A DNA stretch of 64,000 nt from Octopus bimaculoides. Taxonomy: Eukaryota. A program made the position numbers and the translations under genes. The stretch covers positions 7,931,087-7,995,086 of the forward strand of contig NC_069000.1 of NCBI RefSeq assembly GCF_001194135.2. Direction: 5' to 3'. Under the pieces are notes generated by a model, which ran no database searches, was not told where the DNA came from, and saw nothing but the letters and a program-made list of their open reading frames with translations. Below are positions 1-64,000 of the stretch, piece after piece (position 1 is the first letter of the stretch; the number at the start of each line of letters is the position of its first letter).

Positions 1-143
1 CGTTTTGAATCAATCATGCATTATCTCATAGCTTTGAGATTTTGATGATGTAATTGTTTATTTTTAGAACATACATCGTAGGTTTGAGAGGTCCAGATCT
101 GGTTGGTTTGAACATAAAACAAGTTCAAATGTTAAAGGGTTCA
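1..143. mobile_element. Right end of an octopus-type MITE (terminal AAAGGGTT-like sequence)
   Basis: Resembles, from memory, an abundant octopus non-autonomous element (...CATGCATTATCTC..AGCTTTGAGATTT...GTTTGAACATAAAAC...AAATG.TAAAGGGTT). The left end is outside the window, so the TIR pairing cannot be verified. Confidence 0.45.
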
Positions 144-439
144 GAAACTTAACTTCAGATCCGGCTTTACGAACATACGCGCTCTTTCGTCCCCCACCCC
201 CTTAGACATTGTCACTCCGTTCAGAAACACTGCAATCAATAATGAACAGGAAAACGCAACTGATCAACTTGCAGATATATTATCATATATTTTGTTTTCT
301 CTTTCCAGAACATTTAATGCAGAAACATTGCACATCATTGTGACACGTCACCATCTTGTCTTTTGCCTACCATAAAAGTTTGCTATGTATAAATTTTTGG
401 TTTCCTGCAAGTTACACTATAGCAGTAACTACTGGCTCT

Positions 440-474
<35 letters not shown>

Positions 475-659
475 GAGGGGTGGGCAAAAGTAGGTACACA
501 ATTGCTTAATATGAGTGGAATGTTCTTTACATTTCTCTATTTCTTTTATAAACCTAAGTGGTTCATCAGTTGACTAATGATTCTGTGGGAGAAGCCTAGT
601 TCATTGGGAGCACTACTTTTTATTTCTGCTGATTTTGAGTGAATGCTTAAGCCACAAGC

Positions 660-1260
660 ATTTCATTTTTCACTATATCTACCCTCCACCCTTGTCCACC
701 ACCCATATCTCTGACCTCTTCTACTTCTATCATTATATGTCTTTCATTCTCCCACTCTTGCACTCTTTACTCACCAATCCCTGCCTGTCATAGCCCTATC
801 TCTCATCTTTCCTTTACCTCCTACTGTTTTATTATTATTCATCCTTCTCTTCATCCTTTCTCTAATGCCAGTCATCACCTCCTCACCCTTGAGTCACTTC
901 TATTGATATCCATTCCTCATTCTTATCATCTTCCCTCAATTCATATTTACTATCGACCATTCCTCCACCCATGTTCACCGTTCATTGCATTTACCCTTAC
1001 ATTCTTCTCTAACCATCCTTTACTTACCTCACAGACTCTTTCAACCATTACTCACTCACTCCCCCTTCCTGATCTTCTGTCCCACATCATTCTCTTCTAT
1101 TCACCTTCTTATACCTTGAGTTCACAGTCTGACACCTCACCATTACCATCTCTATCTCCTTCAGTTACTTCACCCACACTTATACAATGTAAGGCAACCA
1201 CATAACTCCTCTACAGCAACAAAACTGTTCTTGTTCTTTCTTTCATTCTCTAACAACGCC
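660..1260 (+). mobile_element. Highly degenerate retroelement relic, possibly Penelope-like RT
   Basis: Pyrimidine-rich block. PHSYHLPSIH..RP....CSP loosely matches the PLE RT motif P.FY.LPKIH..RPIVS.CS.P. Similar relics at ~2330-2780 (ITNNF...FYLQ) and, on the minus strand, ~11520-11930. Confidence 0.3.
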
Positions 1261-1321
1261 ACCTCCCATTGTGCTATACCCCCACTCAGTTGAGGGGCTT
1301 TTTAGTGATGATCTCACTTAT

Positions 1322-1515
1322 AGTGGTGCCATGAAAAATACCCCAGTACGGTTTGTAAAGTGGTTGGCATTAGGAAGGGCATCCAGCCATAGAAACCATG
1401 CCAAAGGAGACATTTGAATACAACACATCCTCCGACTTGTCAGTTCATGTTGAACCATCCAACCCATGCCAGCATAGCAGACGGATGTTAGAGGATGATG
1501 ATGATGATGATGATA
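1322..1515 (+). mobile_element. SINE/LINE 3' segment with (GAT)n tail
   Basis: TGGTTGGCATTAGGAAGGGCATCCAGCC.TAGAAACCATGCCAAAG...CAACCCATGCCAGCAT...(GAT)n; related copies at 11018-11395 and 56030-56170. Confidence 0.75.
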
Positions 1516-2882
1516 ATGATACACACACACACACACATGTATGTAAGTATATATGTGTTTACATATGTACACACACACACACACACAATGTATATCTGAA
1601 TATATATATGTCTCTATGGGTGTGTGTGTTATTTGGTATTGTTGGTAAATTTATTGTAAAACAACAAAGCATTGACTGATGGTGGGATTCTATTCATTTA
1701 GTTGAGTAGAAAATCTTATTGTTAATATTGGATTGACTGGGGCTTCAAGTTTCACCTTTAATAGCTTATTCAACCAGTCGCCTGACTGAATAAGCTGTTG
1801 AAAGCAAAACTTGAATACCCAGTCAATCCATAGTTTATACACACACACACACACACACACGTAAACATACAAAGATGCACGCACAAATGCATGTACACGC
1901 ACACACAAACAAAACATGCATGCACACATACACACACACCACATACACAGCATGCCATTTCTAATGTGTATATTATGTACATCTTTCAATAAAGATTAAA
2001 TTGTAGAATATTGTGATTTATATATACATATATATATATATTGTATATGACATATATTGTATATGGACAAAGGTGTTGTTAGTTAAAGGTTTTCAACAGG
2101 TAACCAATAAGCAGCCAATCAATAGTTCACTACATTTCTGATGGTGTATTTATGCAAAGGAACTGCATTTGTAAGACACTGGTTTCATCACCAATGCACA
2201 CACACACACAATAATCTTTCATACAGCTTCTGCCTTCCAAGCTCCTCTCATGGTCAAAGTAGAAGGCATTAATGATAATGATGATGAGTCTCCGTCTAAT
2301 GTTCTTGTTACCTCTTTGATACCCTTTAATCTGCCACCTCCCACTCTTTTGTTAGAATAATGAAGGAATAATTTAGATGTATTCATATTAAAACTTCCCT
2401 ACTCTGGCTACCAGCTGTACCTCATTGCTTCCTCACTCTCTCTCTCATCATGCTGCCTGAGTAATGAAGGGTTATACACGATCACTTTGCATCTGACACA
2501 TCCTCTGTTTATCCTCTCTTACCATCATCCATATTCTCTCATCAGTTCTATACGTCTTGCTACCTATCACTAACAACTTTTATCTCCATCATGCTCTTTT
2601 ACCTCCAACCATTTCCACAATTATCTATCACTTGTGTAGCTTCTATTAATCTCTCACTCTTTCGTATTACACTCTGTTTCTATATTGTCACCTCAATCAG
2701 TCTGTTTCCAACTTCACCCTCACACCCCTTTCCTCATTTTCTGAAATCACTTTCATGGTGCCTAGAATGATGACAACATTGAGCACTGAGCAGTTGTCAG
2801 TGTTAGGAAGGGCATATAATTGTAAAGACCAAGCCCTAAATTAGAAAATACCAGCAAGACATGGTCCTTGAACCTGTCCAGA

Positions 2883-4454
2883 TGGTCTATCTCTGTTATA
2901 AACCAATTAATCCTGTAACTTAATTATTTTAATCACAATACATTGTATTAATTTGTGTTAGTAATCAGCAAGTACCTGAGACCAAATAAAAGCTTTGATT
3001 TGAGCAGTGGTAACTCACCCAACCATATCAGAATGGATGTAAAATAAGGATGAATTAAGATGTTATTGGCACAATTATTATTATCATTTTTACACATAAA
3101 AACGAATTGAAAAAACTGCCTATGTTTAGTAAGGCAGCAGAACAGTTATTAGTTGCAGATATGTGACAATAAAGATTTCTTATGTGCCAGATGTATAATA
3201 ATCTTTATAATTCAAAAGAAGCTGAAAAGAAAGAATGAAAACAGGAAGACTGAGCAGATGTAATAATGTTATATTAAGAAAACCAGCATTATAATGCACA
3301 AACCGTCAGTGTCACAGATAACGACCTCTGCTAAAGGTTACACTAATAACCGGAACTCGGAACAAAATAGTTTCCTTCATATTTCATTGTTGGTGCTATT
3401 ACTATTGTTATTATTGTTGTTGCTGAGGTGGTCTCTAAGATAATACAAGTGAAAGGGTATGAAGTGAAGAGAGAAAGAGAGAAAGAAAGAAAGAAAGAAA
3501 GAAAGAAGGAGAGAGAGAAAGAGAGAGAGAGAGAGAGGAGAGAGAGGTGTGTGTGGGAGGGAAAGCTGCTGAGATAAAATGTCAGCAGAAAATAATGTAA
3601 GAATATCAACAGTATTGCAAAGGTAGTATTTCCAGGAGAACACTGCTGGAGATGTTTGTACAAACATAAAAGCATGTCAAAAGGTCAAAGAATTCATTGG
3701 AAATATTGCTGCAGAGAATGAAGAAAAAAGTTTTGAAATTGGGTAACTTGCAGCTGTAAATAATGTGAATTAGCTAGAGGGGTAGGTTCTGTTAATGGAG
3801 CATCAAATCAGCTAAAGAAGGGTTAATTTAATCACAAAATACGTATGGATTAGGTATTATCTAAGTGAGTTAAGACAAGTGACAAACTGCTGTAGTGAAA
3901 AGAAAAGATAACATGAAAGAAGACGGCTGAATTAAGAGTGCACAGTTGACTTATATTCCGGTTGATAGTGTAGACCAGTAGCACCAAGGGGCGACACTAA
4001 CACAGCTGGTGTGTGTGTATGTATGTGTCTGTGTGTGTGTGCATGTATGTATGTGTGTAACACAGTGCTTACATTTATACATAGCTTCTAATATGATACA
4101 AGTAGTCAAACAAGAACAGATGTTAAATTGGAAAGTTTCCCACAAGGTGGTACTTGCACCAACCTTTGCACTGTTTAAAAGGGTCTATATAGGGTGTATA
4201 TAGACAATAAAATGGAGTTTCAGCCAGCCAGGTTTGCTTCCAGTTTGCTTTCAGTTGTGATTTAATCAGAAATCATGTAGTGATTGTTGTAGAAAGGTGA
4301 GATGGTTAAGAGGTAGGTCCTGCTGTTCCACAAAGAATGGGTCTATCTCTGTTATAAACTAATTAATCCTGTAACATAATTATTTCAGTTACAATACATC
4401 TTATTAATTAGTGTTATGGCTTGATGTCAGCAATCAGCAAATACCTGAGATCAA
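2883..4454 (+). repeat. Dispersed ~105-115 bp direct repeat pair (2883-2985 and 4338-4454)
   Basis: Both read TGG(G)TCTATCTCTGTTATAAAC.AATTAATCCTGTAAC...ACAATACAT..TATTAAT...AATCAGCAA.TACCTGAGA; the second copy has a short insertion. Confidence 0.8.
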
Positions 4455-5103
4455 TTTAATCAGTAAGTTATTGTCTGATGCTGTTGTTTGATGGAGTTTT
4501 TCTTCTCTCATAGAAGGTACAATGGTAATTTAAGTTTTATTTGTAAGAATAAAATACAGTTTAATCAGGACTAGTGCATTCATAAATGTGCTTAGTTCCA
4601 CATTTGGAAGTAGTTATATATAAATAATGTGAAGAAAGAGGTTCTAGATTGTCAAATTAACAGAGAGTAAGCTATATTGCAGCCCTGAAGCTGCTGAGGT
4701 AAGTTGGTGGTAGTGATTCGGGCTGCCACCTTTATACTTTAACTCTTTCTCTTATATCAGTGCTAGCGTCCATAATAAATAAATGTGTGTGTGTGTGTGT
4801 ACACACTCCTATTTTATGTAAATTGAAAAGGTTATATTAGTAAAATATGCTTGATAAATATTAAAAATTACTGTATTGTTTATTAGAGAGAGAAAAGATT
4901 ACGAAGATATTTAGACATTGCTTATGAGCAACATACGAAGTAATAATCTGGCTGGAAACATCCTGTGGCTTCTCTCCTTAGCCAATTGTTCATCTCGGCA
5001 TAAACTTCTTCAATTCTTGGGGCCAAAACTGAGGACCACTGAAATTGCTGTGGACTATTTTTGTTTCAAATTTGCTGTTGTCCATATGTTAGAAAGAGAA
5101 AGG

Positions 5104-5147
<44 letters not shown>

Positions 5148-5939
5148 AAGAAAGAGAGAGAGACAAGGAGAGGAAGAGAAAAGGAGAGAGAGAGAGAGAG
5201 AAAAAGAGAGAAAGAGAGGTGTTGATTAAGTGTATTAGTGAGAGAGATGTAGGTAGGATATGAGCAGATCTGCAATTGATCAACATTAGAAAGAAAATAG
5301 TCATGCTGGCCTTGAATAAAATAGAATTTTGAGACATTCTGATAACATTTAGAATAAACTCTAGCATAATATCCAAAACATTGTCATGTTGTGTGGGTTT
5401 GTGTGGCAGAGAGAGATAGAAAAGACAGACAAGAGATCCTGTTTCAGTCTCTCCTGCTTTTCACCATTGTTTTATAGTTATTTTTTTTTTCTCCCTGACG
5501 GTGCCTCTTACCTGAAAACAAAGTTCAATATTACAAAATCAGCCTGGTAACATGTAATGTGTGAAGAAAGAGTCTTGTTATTTCCCAGTGGTTTTGAAAT
5601 GTTGAAATTGAGTTAAGATTAGATAATAGTTTCCTTAAGTTACTATTATTTCAAATCTTGCATGGAGACAGTTGCAATTTTATCATGCTAGTAGCAAATG
5701 GAAAAGTGAAAGATTGATAGTAATGAGAAAAAAAAACTTATGGAAGGCAGTAGTTTTGTAGCATTTTAAAGTCACTTGTCTCTGTCATACAGAAATGACA
5801 AGCAGAGAAAAAGTTGAAGAATTTGTAAGTTTAGAAAGATTAAATGATAAAGAAAATAATTTGAAAAATCTTACAATTTTTTCCCTTTTAACAATGTTGA
5901 ATGAATATCATTAAAATTAGTAGAATAATTAATAATTGA

Positions 5940-5956
5940 TAATAATAGTAATAATA

Positions 5957-5998
<42 letters not shown>

Positions 5999-6150
5999 GT
6001 AATTGTAATAATAATAATAATGATGTATTTTTCTATAAGTTTTAAAATCTGAATTAATTGGGATAATGTCCATTATTACTTCTTTGTTAAATCTTCCTTG
6101 TATGGTTTCAGGTAGCATTCATAGATAGGAAGAAATAAGTGGAAGGAAGA

Positions 6151-6223
<73 letters not shown>

Positions 6224-6250
6224 GTAATAATAATAATAACAATAACAATA
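5940..6250. repeat. (TAA)n microsatellites
   Basis: Long TAA runs at ~5940-6022 and ~6151-6250. Confidence 0.95.
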
Positions 6251-6595
6251 ATTAACAGTAGTAGTCATTTGTTACATAGGCACAAGGCCAACAATAATAA
6301 CAATAATAAGATCCATCATAAGATTTTTTGCTTTGCCTTCCTTCTTTCCCGATTGCTTCCTAACATGGTGGAAGGGTGTTAACATGGAATACAAACGGGA
6401 GCCAGATTTGTATTTCCTCAGCTTCAGCTATTGATGTCAACATTGAGGAGAGACGTGTCTCTGCCATGAAACACCATCATTTAGCTGTACTGCCATGTAA
6501 ACTTACATGGTAGAGGGAGTAGGTAAACACAGTCAGTGAGAAATGTCTGCTTAATAGGGTTTTTTTTTAGCTTTCCCACCCCTGATACATTTCCT

Positions 6596-62302
<55,707 letters not shown>

Positions 62303-62589
62303 CTAGAAAAACAAAGATACATGAGTCTGTAGATAACTGATTGTAAAAGCGTAGAATATAGGTAAAGAAAGATAGTTAATTTTTATCACTATTGTAATCC
62401 GTAATTTATAGGAATCAAAATCCATCCATTCACATATTTCAGAGTTGTTGATTAACAAAGCAGTTTTGCCTGCCTTTTATAATAAATGATGGAACATGCA
62501 TTTGTAATGAGATTCAAGTGATTTTACACAATTCTATTGTTAGTTATTAACAAAAAAAACAAAAAAAAAAAAAATCAAAGGCCCTTTCT

Positions 62590-62825
62590 GAGCCAAAGGC
62601 TCATAAAGCTGGTTTCTAGGATTCTGTGGGGGATATATTCCTTCCCACTTCACCCACCACCACCTTTAGTTATGCTGGCCTGTGACAGGTTTACTTATTT
62701 TTGCTGACTGAGTGAAACGAAGTGGTTTGCTCAAGAACACAGTGTATTGCCCAGCCCTGGAATCGAAACCACAATCTTATGATTTTGAGTGCAACACTCT
62801 AACCACTAAGTCATATGCCTCCACG
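62590..62825 (-). mobile_element. tRNA-derived SINE (different family)
   Basis: ...TTTGCTCAAGAACACA...GGAATCGAAACCACAATCTTATGAT...CAACACTCTAACCACTAAG.CA...CCTCCAC is the reverse complement of a tRNA-like head with A/B-box-like motifs. Confidence 0.75.
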
Positions 62826-62949
62826 ATTAACATAACACTATAAGGTTATTATAGAATATACAAAACTACGTTCATCACATAGCTACAGAAGAAATGTGAA
62901 GAAATATTAGTAATTCATAAGTAAAACAAAATCTAGCAATTAATAATAT

Positions 62950-63700
62950 GAAATACAACTAAAAGAAGCAGTTATTGATTATCATTTGGAGGTGTAGCCA
63001 ATCAAATAGTCAGACATTCTTAATATTGCAATTGAAACTGTATCATGTTTCTCCATCTTTTCAATTAATGGGCTGGTTTCTGATAGCTGAACTTTTTTAT
63101 GATAAATCATGTTTTTCTAGCACTGAATGATATGTAAGGTTAAACTTTATACTCTGGAGTGGCTGTATCTTTGAAACACTAGAAGGCAATGATTTAACAT
63201 TCACGAAAGCAAGTAGGATTTCTTCATCACATTGTTTTATCATCTTGTTTGTTTTGATTAAATTATTCAATGGTTTTAAGGTGTGTTAAATATGACATTA
63301 AATTTCACTTAAACACCTATGGAAGTTTACCATGATTGAAATTCAATCTGATGACTTAAATTGGGATAATGAAAAGATTCTCAAGATGGCAGAATAAGAT
63401 ACTCCAGAGAAAATAAAACTCCATTTACAAGGTAGCAAATATTCTATGTTTATAAATGTTTTCTAATTTTGCTGCCTATAGAACTTGTTTTTTGGCATAT
63501 GATTTCATACAAAGCTGGTCTGGCAATATCTTCATGAATTAAAGACAATTCACTACCTCTTTTAGCAAGGTACCATTGATTGTGTCAGGAAGAAATTTCT
63601 GTTAAGTGTTTGGTGGGTCATCATTGTTAATACCGTGGCAAAATGTTCAATCATCTTAAAACTAAGACATTATTATTAACAGCAAGACATTCTCTATGGC
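62950..63700 (-). mobile_element. Very degenerate LINE RT relic
   Basis: Fragments such as LLKEVVNCL.FMK..PD, ENLFIIPI and IKQCDEEILLAFVNVKS resemble LINE RT motifs; many stops. Confidence 0.4.
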
Positions 63701-64000
63701 TGTATAAGATTCAAGATTCCTACCCCCAAACAAGTTTTAGTCTGAATTGAAGAAGATTTACTAACAACAACAAAAGAATTATGGCCATTTCTAGTAATGC
63801 TAGTGGATTCTTCCACTTAATCTGTAGGAATGGTAACTTACAATGTAAAGGTCTTCCTAGCTTTATGAAACACAGTAAAGTCACCTTTCAATTAGTTTCC
63901 CTGTCAAATACTCATATGTACTCAAAGACAAACATATTCATATATTTTGCCTGCATTATAATTTTTGTTAAGCTTCTATCTAATTGATGTATGCAGAAAA

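Noticed and set aside
1318-5376. Low-complexity ORFs (CVCV, SLSL, ERER, poly-Y and similar)
   Set aside because: Translations of dinucleotide and trinucleotide microsatellites; the same applies to similar ORFs throughout the window.

Overview
AT-rich, microsatellite- and SINE-dense eukaryotic DNA, most likely from an octopus or other coleoid cephalopod (inferred from recognisable octopus-type SINE/MITE families). Almost the whole window is the 3' part of one minus-strand voltage-gated sodium-channel-family gene, from domain II S6 (62302) to the stop codon (6596); the 5' part lies beyond the window end. I traced 12 well-supported exons with consistent splice phases. The domain III pore reads ATFEGW (E, not K), domain IV reads TSAGWND and the inactivation motif is MFL, which identifies a Nav2 (DSC1/NaCP60E-type, DEEA-filter) channel rather than Nav1. 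Most notable observations: (1) a 2.5-kb frame-symmetric exon inserting ~834 low-complexity, phospho-motif-rich residues into the II-III linker; (2) Phe in place of the conserved S6 Asn in domain II; (3) a C-terminal ETAV PDZ-type motif whose last codon plus stop is also a GTATGA donor-like site; (4) a GC-AG intron after the inactivation-gate exon; (5) a poison-exon-like copy of the DIII S5 acceptor; (6) a ~400-bp foldback, perfect hairpins, inverted SINE pairs and a ~10-copy same-orientation SINE pile-up in the introns. All alternative-splicing and RNA-editing ideas are inferences that need RNA data. There are two assembly gaps (24626-25128, 39507-39516).
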